A DNA stretch of 64,000 bases from an uncultured archaeon (GTDB lineage: Archaea; Thermoproteota; Nitrososphaeria_A; Caldarchaeales; Wolframiiraptoraceae): contig CALKCF010000001.1 in assembly GCA_938083505.1 (NCBI GenBank), positions 44,539-108,538 of the forward strand. The letters are read 5' to 3'. Of the stretch, positions 51,736-61,285 are shown one piece after another. Below the pieces are notes generated by a model. The model was not told the DNA's origin. It did no database searches and was given only the letters and a program-made list of their open reading frames with translations. Numbering within the stretch: the first letter of the stretch is position 1; the number at the start of each line of letters is the position of its first letter. The position numbers were made by a program, and so were the translations under genes.

Positions 51736-52130
51736 AGAGCCACGGACGTGCAATCAACATAGCTGTATCTAGCATACTAACAGAAATGCTTAAGGGCAAA
51801 AACCAGAGGATAATGTGGAAAATTTCATGGAAAGACGTATCAAGTAAGCTTGGAGGGTTACCCGGCCGTCAAATATCAATGCGGCGTTATGGCCGTGGGT
51901 GCTTTCAGAAGGGCAGTCAGGGAATACTTCAAGAACTTACAAAACCAGAATGGTTTCCAGAGGAGTTAACAGCGGAAGAAAGATATGTCATCGAGGAGGG
52001 AAAAGCTCATCGAGGTGCTCTATAAAAGGATGTCGTCTGGCTCGTTGTTACCAACTTGCTAAAAATCAGAATAAATTGTATGAAAAGTATATACGAGTTT
52101 AACAAGAGTTTATTATATAGTAAAAACTGT

Positions 52131-52228
52131 TGGCGCCGCGGGTCGGATTCGAACCGACGACCAACGGGTTAACAGCCTCAGCCCCCTTTTGTGAGGTCCG
52201 CTGCTCTACCGAGCTGAGCTACCGCGGC
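52131..52228 (-). tRNA. tRNA-Asn(GTT) with encoded CCA and a 21-nt intron at position 30/31 (52177-52197)
   Basis: GCCGCGG acceptor; GCGG[intron]G-CT-GTT-AA-CCCGT; BHB central helix CAGC/GCTG. Confidence 0.9.
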
Positions 52229-52278
52229 TTAATTTTTGAAGTATATGCAGGATGTTTTAAATTTTTAGTTTAAATATA

Positions 52279-53952
52279 CTAACTCAAAGATAATGAAACG
52301 TATTTTGACTTATTGTAACTCCCAAGATGCTTTCTTCTGTTAAGAGCGGCCCTTATAAATCCTAAGTACACGGCTTCAGGTCTCCCTGGCTTCGAGACAA
52401 ACTCTGCATGATATTGGGTTGCTATAAAGTATGGATGATTTGATAATTCGATAACCTCGACCCTTTTTCCATCTTCGGAAATACCTGAGAAGACCATACC
52501 TGCGTATGTTAGCACATCCCAATATGCCGGATTGACCTCGTATCTATGACGATGCCTTTGACGTGTCACCCTAGAGTTGTAGAGATTGTATGCTAACGTT
52601 CCGGGTTTTATAATAACATTAAACGCTCCGAGTCTCATCGTACCTCCTAAGTTTTCAAGGTTACGTTGTTCTGGTAAAAGGTCTATGACCGGGTGTGGCG
52701 TATCTGCCGCTACTTCTGTACTGTTGGCCCCCTCAAGGCCGCAAACATTCCTCGCATATTCAACGACCGAAAGCTGCATACCAAAGCATATTCCGAGAAA
52801 CGGTATTTCGTTTTCTCTAGAATATCTGATTGCATTTATCTTACCCTCAACACCTCTCTGACCGAATCCACCCGGTACCAGTATACCATCGTATCTACCA
52901 AGCAAGCTAACCCTTTCAGGATGTGTTTCAAACTCTTCGGCATCCACCCAGTCTATGATTACCTTTGCGCCTGTATGAGCGGCGGCATGTATTAGCGCCT
53001 CTTTTACGCTAACATAAGAATCCATGAGCTTAGTATACTTACCACACACAGCAATCCTGACCTCTTCTCTAGCGTTCTTCATCGAAGCGACTATATCGCC
53101 CCACTCCTTCAGCCTCGGTTGTCTCCAAGTGAGGTTAAGCCTGCTGGTTATAAAAACACCCATGCCCTGCTCTTCCAGTATCAGCGGTACCTCATACACG
53201 TATTCTACGTCATAGGAACAAAAAACTGCACTCTCTGGAAGCGTTCCGAATAGAGCTATCTTGCTCCTTGTTGCCTTATCTATCGGTTTTTCACACCTTG
53301 CCACTATAGCGTCTGGTTGTATTCCTATTCTACGAAGCTCGTTTACACTGTGTTGCAAAGCCTTGGTTTTAAATTCCTCAGTAGCTTTCAATATGGGCAC
53401 CAGAGCTACATGGATGAAAAGCGTATTCTCGAACCCTTCTTCGAGGCGCATTTGTCTTGCTGCCTCTAGGAATGGTTGTCCTTCTATATCGCCCGTTGTG
53501 CCACCTATTTCGACTATGGTTATATCAACACTATCCCTTTCTGCTACTAGCCTTATTCTACGCTTAATCTCGTCGGTTATGTGTGGGACTATTTGGACAC
53601 ATTTGCCTAAGTAATCTCCACGTCTTTCTCTAGTAATGACCTCTAAGTAAACCTGACCGGTTGTGATGTTGTTATACTTTGAAAGCGTGATGTCTAGGAA
53701 ACGCTCATACCATCCTACATCTAGGTCAGTTTCACCACCGTCATCAGTAACGAAAACCTCACCGTGAGCATACGGGTTCATCGTACCGCTATCAACGTTT
53801 AGATATGGGTCTATCTTGATGGCCGTTACCTTGTAACCCCTGGCCTGTAAAATCTTACCAACGGAAGCTGCAACTATGCCCTTACCAACCGACGAGACTA
53901 CACCGCCTGTTACGAAGATATACTTCGGCACAAAGATGAAGTTCCTGAGCAT
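52279..53952 (-). CDS. pyrG: CTP synthase (likely start GTG 53931)
   Basis: TGGVVSSVGKG, GTMNP..HGE, GICFGMQ, RHRHRYE and QYHAEF. Confidence 0.97.
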   Translation of the reverse strand: MLRNFIFVPKYIFVTGGVVSSVGKGIVAASVGKILQARGYKVTAIKIDPYLNVDSGTMNPYAHGEVFVTDDGGETDLDVGWYERFLDITLSKYNNITTGQVYLEVITRERRGDYLGKCVQIVPHITDEIKRRIRLVAERDSVDITIVEIGGTTGDIEGQPFLEAARQMRLEEGFENTLFIHVALVPILKATEEFKTKALQHSVNELRRIGIQPDAIVARCEKPIDKATRSKIALFGTLPESAVFCSYDVEYVYEVPLILEEQGMGVFITSRLNLTWRQPRLKEWGDIVASMKNAREEVRIAVCGKYTKLMDSYVSVKEALIHAAAHTGAKVIIDWVDAEEFETHPERVSLLGRYDGILVPGGFGQRGVEGKINAIRYSRENEIPFLGICFGMQLSVVEYARNVCGLEGANSTEVAADTPHPVIDLLPEQRNLENLGGTMRLGAFNVIIKPGTLAYNLYNSRVTRQRHRHRYEVNPAYWDVLTYAGMVFSGISEDGKRVEVIELSNHPYFIATQYHAEFVSKPGRPEAVYLGFIRAALNRRKHLGSYNKSKYVSLSLS

Positions 53953-54033
53953 AATATAAACGTTTACAAAAGCTCATAGCTACTTTACGAGCGTTGTTGA
54001 GCGCAGAAATCCTTTGGCCAAAAAACTTAATAG

Positions 54034-54064
54034 TTAGGTACTGCCTAACATTAGGCGTGTCTAA
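54034..54064. promoter_or_regulatory. Two DtxR-type boxes, TTAGG-n5-CCTAA and TTAGG-n4-TCTAA, overlapping the regulator start codon
   Basis: Palindromes at 54034-54048 and 54051-54064; same TAATAGTTAGG context as the feoA box. Confidence 0.65.
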
Positions 54065-54491
54065 GAATCTCAGCAGGGTTGAGTGTTGTTATCTCAAGCG
54101 CATATATGCCTTAACAGTTGAAGAAGGACGGCAGATTACGAGCGGTTACCTTGCTAAGACATTTAACGTCAAAATACCTTCGGCTATAGATATTTTGAAC
54201 AAGCTAGAGAAGAAGACGTATATCAAGAAAGAAAGGTACGGATATGTCACGCTAACCCAAACAGGCTACAAGGTTGCTGTAGAACTATTACATGCTCATA
54301 GAATCTTTGAAGTCTTTCTTGTTAACAATCTTAAAATGAAGTCTGGTGAAGCATGTAGGATAGCAGACCATTTGGATCACATCCTTGACAAGGAAGTCAT
54401 AACTAGACTCTGCGCATATCTCAATAAGCCCGCGAAGTGCTGTCATAACCGCACAATAATCCATGTAGGTTGCGAGGCGAGGAATAAATGA
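54057..54491 (+). CDS. DtxR/MntR family metal-dependent repressor (start GTG 54057)
   Basis: YLKRIY wHTH, LT..G, HRIFEVFL, A..LDH and P.KCCH. Confidence 0.85.
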   Translation: MSKNLSRVECCYLKRIYALTVEEGRQITSGYLAKTFNVKIPSAIDILNKLEKKTYIKKERYGYVTLTQTGYKVAVELLHAHRIFEVFLVNNLKMKSGEACRIADHLDHILDKEVITRLCAYLNKPAKCCHNRTIIHVGCEARNK

Positions 54492-55495
54492 ATCCAAAAC
54501 CACCATTATTTTTAACATCCTTCTTTATGTTGATAATACTCCTCCTCCTTCCGACACCACTTGCTGTTAATGTAACCACAAGACTGAGCATCGTGGTATC
54601 TACACCGACGCTAGCACCACTAGTTAAGTCTGTTGCTGGGGATTATGTCCAAGTTACGAGCGTGGTGCCGTTTGGGACCGATCCCCATGAGTATCAGCTC
54701 GTATCTAAAGATTTAGAAAAAATATTAAACTCTGACTTGCTGATCGTTACGGGGCACTTCAAATGGGAGGAAGAGCTTGTTTCGCTCGTAAATCATGCCG
54801 CAACCTTAAACTTGTATGAAGTATTTGATGGAAAGCTGAAGTTGCTTAACCTTCCGGATGGTGACATAAACTTACATGAATGGTGGCTTTCACCGTACAA
54901 TGCTAAGCTTGTCATAAACAAAGTAGCGTCCAGATTGGCAGAAATGGATAAGTATAACGCTAATCTTTATATGGGCATTGCCGAAAAGTCCGCAGAATCT
55001 ATAGACAAAATTATAGCTGAAGTTAATAGAATGTTAAGCGAAAGGGGTATTACTGGTAATGTCGCAATCTGTTCAACACCAATCGAACAATACCTAATCG
55101 AAGGGTTTGGTATAGGTTGTGCGCTTATTTTAGCAGAAGAATCGTTCGGTATAGAGCCCTTAAAGCTTGAGAATGCGAGAACATTACTTGCTGAAAACTC
55201 TTCTAAGGTACTCGTGTTGGCTGATATCACTGAAGGCACTTCTGGTGCACATATGGCAAAGAAGCTCGCTGATGAGACGAGCGCATACCTCTTGAGGCTC
55301 GTTATGATGCCAAAAGACGACTGGGATTATGTGGCGCTTTTAGCGTACAACGCAGGCTTAATTAGCAGCATATTTCTCATACCGAAAAATAGTCCTGTGA
55401 CGAATTCATTCATGAGTGTATTGGTTTTGATATTATCGATCATCATAGTACTTGAGGCGGTGCTCATACTAAAGTTAAGGGTGAAGAAGCCATGA
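54488..55495 (+). CDS. Zn/Mn ABC substrate-binding protein with C-terminal membrane anchor
   Basis: DPHEY and NLHEWWLSP; N- and C-terminal hydrophobic helices. Confidence 0.85.
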   Translation: MNPKPPLFLTSFFMLIILLLLPTPLAVNVTTRLSIVVSTPTLAPLVKSVAGDYVQVTSVVPFGTDPHEYQLVSKDLEKILNSDLLIVTGHFKWEEELVSLVNHAATLNLYEVFDGKLKLLNLPDGDINLHEWWLSPYNAKLVINKVASRLAEMDKYNANLYMGIAEKSAESIDKIIAEVNRMLSERGITGNVAICSTPIEQYLIEGFGIGCALILAEESFGIEPLKLENARTLLAENSSKVLVLADITEGTSGAHMAKKLADETSAYLLRLVMMPKDDWDYVALLAYNAGLISSIFLIPKNSPVTNSFMSVLVLILSIIIVLEAVLILKLRVKKP

Positions 55496-56268
55496 ACTCT
55501 CTCGAAGCCTCAGGGTTAACCGTTAGATTGAATGGTCTCGAGGTGTTAAGTAACATAACACTATCCCTGAGTCACCCGACTTTTACGGTAATAATAGGAC
55601 CTAACGGTGCTGGCAAGACTACGTTGCTTAAAACAATTCTTGGACTCATAGAACCATGGGACGGAGACATTAGGGTGATGGGATTAGATCCGGTAAAAGA
55701 ACCAAAAAAAGTTAGATCGATGATCGGCTACGTTCCGCAAAGAGATAAGATATCCTCCTTCGTACCAATGAAGGTCAAAGATGTAGTCGCGATGTCAAGA
55801 ATAATACGGAAAAGGCCACTTAGGTGGTTAACAAATTACGACGAGTTTGCTGTAAAAGAGGCTTTAAGAACCGTAGGAGTCGAGGATTTAGCAGACAAGA
55901 GGTTTGATGAGCTTAGCGGCGGACAACAACAAAGGGTTCTGATAGCTAGGGCCATAGTTTCCGAGCCCAAGCTATTGTTACTTGATGAGCCCTTTAATGG
56001 TGTTGACGTAATGAGTCAACATGAGATAATGAACCTCATCCTGAACCTGAAAGAGAGCGGTGTATCAATCATAATGGTCACACACGACGTGAGTGATGTT
56101 ATTAACTTCATCGACAACATTGTCTTACTATACAGAAGAGTCATAGCAACAGGTAAACCGGAAGATGTTCTAAGGGAAGACATCCTGAAAACCGTATACG
56201 GTAACAGAATCAGGATTTACTCTCATGAACAATATACGATGTTCGTACCTAGAGATTCGCATGGTTGA
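55492..56268 (+). CDS. Zn/Mn ABC ATPase
   Basis: GPNGAGKT, GYVPQ, LSGGQQQR and LDEPF. Confidence 0.92.
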   Translation: MNSLEASGLTVRLNGLEVLSNITLSLSHPTFTVIIGPNGAGKTTLLKTILGLIEPWDGDIRVMGLDPVKEPKKVRSMIGYVPQRDKISSFVPMKVKDVVAMSRIIRKRPLRWLTNYDEFAVKEALRTVGVEDLADKRFDELSGGQQQRVLIARAIVSEPKLLLLDEPFNGVDVMSQHEIMNLILNLKESGVSIIMVTHDVSDVINFIDNIVLLYRRVIATGKPEDVLREDILKTVYGNRIRIYSHEQYTMFVPRDSHG

Positions 56269-57088
56269 TCTATTATCGCCTTTTTTGATAAAGGCCTACA
56301 TCGCTATCCTACTCATGGCAGCCATATCCACGATTGGTTCTATCTCTGTATTAAGGGGTGTTGCTTATATGCCCGCCGAAGCAGCCCATGCGGCATTAGG
56401 TGGCGCAGCATTAGGAGTCTTGCTCGGACATGTAACCAACCTAGTGTTAGACCCATACATACTCGCAACGATCTTCGCTAGCGTCACGACACTTTTTGCG
56501 GGCTATGTAGGAAGGAAAGGTGGCCCGGAGGCAGTTGCGGCCGCACTCGCTGGCGCGTTAACTCTCGGTGTATCTGTTTATGCGTTTGTTAGATACGTTT
56601 TACCTGCAAACCTTAGAGTCGTTTTGGACGGCTATCTCGTAGGTGATATACTCCTTCTGGGAGATTTTGATATAGCCACATTGTCTATTCTAACTGTGAT
56701 ATGTATTATCATATTTGCGGTGTTTTACAATGAGATAGTTTATGTGTGCTTTGATCCAGAAAGTGCTGAGGCCATGGGTATGAACGTTTCATTCTATGAC
56801 TTCGTAATATTCTTCTTGATAGGTTTAGCTGGCAGCATAACCACGAAGGCTGTAGGCACACTTATCGTTTATGCTCTCGTGATAGCGCCGGCCATAACGG
56901 CAAAAGAGCTATCGAGAAGTGTCAATGGTATGTTGAGCCTTGCTACAGCCATAACTCTAGTAGCAGGTTATGGAGGTTTAATGTTCTCTATTGTATTTAA
57001 TATACCGAGTAGTGGATCCATAGCAATACTCGCAAGTGTTATATATGTCGGCACGATGCTATTCAAGAGGCTAGTTCAAAAACGATGA
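56261..57088 (+). CDS. Zn/Mn ABC permease
   Basis: AHAALGG, YLVGDIL, FDPESA and VG.LIV.AL..AP. Confidence 0.9.
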   Translation: MVDLLSPFLIKAYIAILLMAAISTIGSISVLRGVAYMPAEAAHAALGGAALGVLLGHVTNLVLDPYILATIFASVTTLFAGYVGRKGGPEAVAAALAGALTLGVSVYAFVRYVLPANLRVVLDGYLVGDILLLGDFDIATLSILTVICIIIFAVFYNEIVYVCFDPESAEAMGMNVSFYDFVIFFLIGLAGSITTKAVGTLIVYALVIAPAITAKELSRSVNGMLSLATAITLVAGYGGLMFSIVFNIPSSGSIAILASVIYVGTMLFKRLVQKR

Positions 57089-57133
57089 AACTATAATTAA
57101 GGCTTTGTGATATGAAAAAATATAAGGATAAAT

Positions 57134-57205
57134 GGGCCGGTAGCGTAGCGGAAGCGCGCCCGCCTCGCACGCGGGAGGTCGCGGGTTCGAGTCCCGCCCG
57201 GTCCA
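57134..57205 (+). tRNA. tRNA-Ala(CGC), intronless; probable island attachment site
   Basis: GGGCCGG/CCGGTCC-A; CCCGC-CT-CGC-AC-GCGGG; GGTTCGAGTCC. Confidence 0.95.
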
Positions 57206-57262
57206 CTCCTAATTGAGTGCGAATACTTTATGTAGGAGAGTAGTTTACTATTTTTGTGGGCG

Positions 57263-58585
57263 ATGCCAAAAAGAGGGAGTAAGTATAGCAAGCTTCTCAG
57301 CGATCCGCAGGTTAAGCGCTGGTTCATGAATGTTGCTAGAGGGAGCCCTATAACAGCCGAGGTCGCTTTGAGGAGGTTGAGCAAGCTTTGCGAGCTTTTG
57401 GATGCAACTCCTAAAGGAATGGTTGAAAGCGCCAGGAATGATCTGGCTGGCTTTCAAGACAAGCTTGAGGACATGGTTGCAGGACTTGAGGCTGATGGCA
57501 AGGCTCCAGGCTACATAGCTGATTTGATGAAGACCGTTAAGTCTTGGCTCAAGTACAACGACATAACTTTAACGAGAAGGATTAAGATAAAGAACTCAAC
57601 AGCTACGCCTACGATAGAGAATGAGCAAGTTCCTACGCAAGAAGAGCTTGCGAGAATATTGAGGGCCTCTCCACCAAGAGTTAGAGCAGCAATAGCTTTG
57701 ATAGCATTCGCTGATCTTAGGCCACAAAGTCTAGGAAACTATGATGGAAGCGATGGACTAATGATTAAAGATTTGCCAGAAATGAGGATAGAGGGCAATG
57801 AAGTTAAGTTTGAGAAGATACCAACAATGGTTATTGTTAGAGCAACGCTCAGCAAAGCTAGGCATAAGTACTTCACATTTCTTTCAAGCGAAGGATGCAC
57901 ATATTTGAAGGAATATCTTGAGGAAAGGATTAGAAATGGGGAGAAATTGACCCCTGAAAGCCCGTTAATAGCCCATGAAAGAAAAGAAGTTGCGGTTAAG
58001 AAGTTTGTTCAGACAAGGAAGATAACTCATTTTATAAGGCAGTGTATGCGTAAAGCTGGAGTATACAAGAGGCCTTATGTTCTAAGAGCTTATGCAGAAA
58101 CCCAATTGATAATTGCCGAATCTAAGGGAAAGATTTCCCATCCCTACCTTCAGTTCATAGCCGGTCATAAGGGAGATATAGAGGCAAGGTATTCAACAAA
58201 CAAAGGAGTTCTACCTCCAGATATGATCGAGGATATGAGGAAGTGCTACAAGGATTGCGAGCCCTTCCTAAGCACAATAGCTCAGCCATTAGAGCAATCG
58301 AGCATCATAAAGGAAGCCAAGATTGAGGCTTTAAAAAGTATAGCAAAGAGCTTGCTTGGAATAGATCTACTTGAAGTAAAAATTGCTAAAGAAAAAGAGA
58401 TTGGAAGAGAGTTAAGCAAAGATGAAGAAATGGAACTTTTTGAGAATGAACTTAAAAAATTAAGAGAAGGAAGGCATAATCCTCAGAGGATAGTGCATGA
58501 GAAGGAACTTGAGAAATATTTAGCTGGAGGTTGGCAGTTCGTTAGCGTGTTGCCTTCGCAGAGGATATTGATAAGGAAGGGTTAG
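57263..58585 (+). CDS. Tyrosine recombinase / integrase
   Basis: DLRP (R), SKARHK (K), RPYVLR (YxxR), AGH and RY (catalytic Tyr). Confidence 0.88.
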   Translation: MPKRGSKYSKLLSDPQVKRWFMNVARGSPITAEVALRRLSKLCELLDATPKGMVESARNDLAGFQDKLEDMVAGLEADGKAPGYIADLMKTVKSWLKYNDITLTRRIKIKNSTATPTIENEQVPTQEELARILRASPPRVRAAIALIAFADLRPQSLGNYDGSDGLMIKDLPEMRIEGNEVKFEKIPTMVIVRATLSKARHKYFTFLSSEGCTYLKEYLEERIRNGEKLTPESPLIAHERKEVAVKKFVQTRKITHFIRQCMRKAGVYKRPYVLRAYAETQLIIAESKGKISHPYLQFIAGHKGDIEARYSTNKGVLPPDMIEDMRKCYKDCEPFLSTIAQPLEQSSIIKEAKIEALKSIAKSLLGIDLLEVKIAKEKEIGRELSKDEEMELFENELKKLREGRHNPQRIVHEKELEKYLAGGWQFVSVLPSQRILIRKG

Positions 58586-58696
58586 CAAACGATATGGTTA
58601 AGCAAGGATTGTGGAGAAAAAGCTTTTATTTAAATTTTAAAAATATATCAGAGTTGTGAAGAAAGAAAACGCACTAAGTGTGGGATTTATTTTAAG

Positions 58697-59878
58697 ATGA
58701 AAAAATTGCATGTTCTCGATACCCTTGTTGGCGAGACAAATAAATCAATTTTTAATGGGTTAAAAATGTTGGTCGTTCAACATCTTTTTCCCGATACTCT
58801 GGAGCTTTTACTTCATTTAAAATCTCTTGGAATTTCACACATATGGGTAATCGGTAAACCGTACTCCAGTAGACAAGATGTGGTTTCAGAATTACGGAGA
58901 AATGGTATAAGTGTATTCCTTCCAACTTTTGATGAGCTGGAAGAAGGTTCAGCTCTAGAGCCTCTAATTAAAAATGTAATTGAAGAATGTAAAGATCGAA
59001 ATGAAAAATTCATAATCTTGGAGGATGGGGGATACATAGTACCATATCTTCATAAACATTTTGTGAATGAGTTAAGATATTGCGTAGGCGCAGTTGAACA
59101 AACCACGAGCGGAAAATGGGCAGATGAAGAAATAGAACGTGCAGGTTTGCTACGAATCCCCGTTGCTACAATCGCTTCTTCCTATCTAAAGACTGGGGTA
59201 GAGGCCACACATGTTGCTGACGCCGTACTCCGCTCAATTGAAAAAATCTGTTATAATTTAGGAAAAACGCTAACAGGCATGAGAGTTGGAGTAATTGGTT
59301 ATGGAACTATTGGAAGTAATATCGCCAAAAAACTACGTGATAGACATGCGATTGTTGCGGTAAATGATGAGGATCCCATACGGATGACAGTAGCGCGAAG
59401 TGGAGATGGGTTTGATACAGGAAATAAAAACAGTATAATAAATAGATCAGAATTAATTATAGGATGTACGGGTAGAAGATCTGTAATAGATGCAACCAAT
59501 ATTTTGCATGACCTACAAAATGACGCTATGATAGCTAACGCCAGTTCTAGGAGATTCGAGATAGATTTTGATTCCTTGAAAAGATTATCGGGGAGTATAA
59601 AGAAAATAGAAAGTGTGGGAACGGAATTTAAATTAATTGATGATAGACGCATATTTGTTCTTGCCCACGGATTTCCAGTCAATTTTTTCTTCGGTGAAAG
59701 TTTACCTGCAATGATAGCAGATCTGACACTATGCGAACTTTTCCTGTGTCTTCGACATATCGCTAAAGGTAATCTCAAGCCGAAAATATATTATATCGAA
59801 AAGGATTTTTATCAAGGTGAAAAAGACTTAGCACGTAGGTGGTATGACTATTGGTACAGAGAAAGGAAAAGAAACTGA
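58697..59878 (+). CDS. Divergent S-adenosylhomocysteine hydrolase-like NAD-binding protein
   Basis: QHL, EDGGY, EQTTSG, K...E, GYGTIG, GCTG, N....EID and LAHG.PVNF. Confidence 0.78.
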   Translation: MKKLHVLDTLVGETNKSIFNGLKMLVVQHLFPDTLELLLHLKSLGISHIWVIGKPYSSRQDVVSELRRNGISVFLPTFDELEEGSALEPLIKNVIEECKDRNEKFIILEDGGYIVPYLHKHFVNELRYCVGAVEQTTSGKWADEEIERAGLLRIPVATIASSYLKTGVEATHVADAVLRSIEKICYNLGKTLTGMRVGVIGYGTIGSNIAKKLRDRHAIVAVNDEDPIRMTVARSGDGFDTGNKNSIINRSELIIGCTGRRSVIDATNILHDLQNDAMIANASSRRFEIDFDSLKRLSGSIKKIESVGTEFKLIDDRRIFVLAHGFPVNFFFGESLPAMIADLTLCELFLCLRHIAKGNLKPKIYYIEKDFYQGEKDLARRWYDYWYRERKRN

Positions 59879-60237
59879 AGATTGTTTATGAAAAGGACAT
59901 CGAAGGTTTTAAAGGGATTTGTGGTTGGGTAAAGGAATTAATTGACCCTAACAATTCTGATGTAGAAAATCTTAATATGGCACTAATAACAGTTGAGCCA
60001 GGCAAAAGTTCTGAACCTCATTATCATGGTAAAACCGAGGAGATTTACTACATCTTGGAAGGAATAGGCGTTTTAACGTACGATGAGCAAAAACAAGAAA
60101 TTAGTGGAGGGTGCGCAATTTACATACCGCCCGGAAAGACGCATATGATAACCAATGTCGGAAGGCAAATTCTTAAGCTTTTATCGATTAATGCGCCTCC
60201 TTATGACCCAGATGATACACATATAGTAAAAACGTAA
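59851..60237 (+). CDS. Cupin domain protein
   Basis: PHYHGKTEEIYYILEG and IPPGKTHMI; ends with APPY.PDD. Confidence 0.88.
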   Translation: MVQRKEKKLKIVYEKDIEGFKGICGWVKELIDPNNSDVENLNMALITVEPGKSSEPHYHGKTEEIYYILEGIGVLTYDEQKQEISGGCAIYIPPGKTHMITNVGRQILKLLSINAPPYDPDDTHIVKT

Positions 60238-60328
60238 ACTGGAAGCCGTGTTTTAGTTCACTTGGCTCTGTATAAGGGCATAAAGGTTTATATAGTGGAG
60301 GGCTAATCAATAATCAGGTGGAATAATT

Positions 60329-60766
60329 ATGATTACCTACACCTCGATTGCAGAAGAAATTTTGAAAAGATTGTATAGTACAGGTGTAGTTCGTTCATCG
60401 GAACTTACAAAAGGATTAAAGTATTCAAAGTCACCTGTGTATCAAACTTTAAAGGAATTAGAAAAAGCAGGATTAATTCAAGTTGCTACCAATAGGCCTC
60501 GTTTCAAGGAGTATGTCATTACTCAAAAAGGAAAAGAATTGATCTCCGAGGAATTTCGAAAAAGTTATAGTGAAATATTCAAACTAGTGAGGGAATCTCC
60601 ATATTCATATGATTTAACACTTGAATTATTGAGCGAGCAAGTGCTTCAAAGTCTTCCAGAAAATTTAAGATCGTTTTCGATAATTCCCCTAATTAAAGAA
60701 AAAATTAGAAAAAATATTGAAAATATAAAGGAGGAGCTAAAAAAGGGGCTTCCTGCAATTCTTTAA
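60329..60766 (+). CDS. Winged-helix transcriptional regulator
   Basis: SELT...SKSPVYQTLKELEKAGLI...Y.ITQKG. Confidence 0.8.
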   Translation: MITYTSIAEEILKRLYSTGVVRSSELTKGLKYSKSPVYQTLKELEKAGLIQVATNRPRFKEYVITQKGKELISEEFRKSYSEIFKLVRESPYSYDLTLELLSEQVLQSLPENLRSFSIIPLIKEKIRKNIENIKEELKKGLPAIL

Positions 60767-60800
60767 CTTCTTGTAGACCTACCTAAAATTAAAATAAGCT

Positions 60801-61043
60801 GTGGAGCATAGTGGGAGTTACGTTCATGGCAAGGTGTACGAAATCGAAAATGTAGACGAGATTTTGCCGCTACTCGACGAGTATGAGGGATTCTATCCAG
60901 ACAAACCGGAAAGCAGTTTGTTTATTAGAAAAGTTATGAACGTGCTCATGGAAAATGGAGAAAATGTGAGGGCTTTCGTTTATCTCTACAACGGAAGCGT
61001 GAAGGGGAAAAAGGTACTCCCCACAGGTATTTGGGAGAAATGA
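60801..61043 (+). pseudogene. Gamma-glutamylcyclotransferase (AIG2-like) C-terminal fragment
   Basis: VHGKVYEI, LDEYEG, F.R and AFVYLY; N-terminal YGTL motif missing. Confidence 0.68.
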
Positions 61044-61068
61044 GATGGAAAATCAAACCATACGTAGA

Positions 61069-61280
61069 TCAAACCAGCTTAGTTAAAGCCTCTAAGAGTT
61101 TTTCCTTCCTTCTGTAAGCTTCTTCGTTTAAGAATGAAATAAGCTTGTTGGCAACTTGCCTATAAGGTTCAACAATCTGAGAGATAGCGTAATTCAAGAA
61201 CTTGTGCTTTAAGGTTTCTAAAGCTTTTTCAAAGTCTTCTTCATAGATATAGATGATTTCTCCCTTAACCTCTCCAGACA
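61069..61280 (-). pseudogene. 3' fragment of an unknown gene
   Basis: Protein-like C-terminus abutting the integrase remnant; no plausible start. Confidence 0.35.
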
Positions 61281-61285
61281 AGCTG

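Noticed and set aside
51736-52102. 3' half of ORF 51543-52025 and ORF 51899-52102 as real genes
   Set aside because: Chimeric read-through from the iscS fragment into unrelated debris; an antitoxin-like tail is too weak to call.
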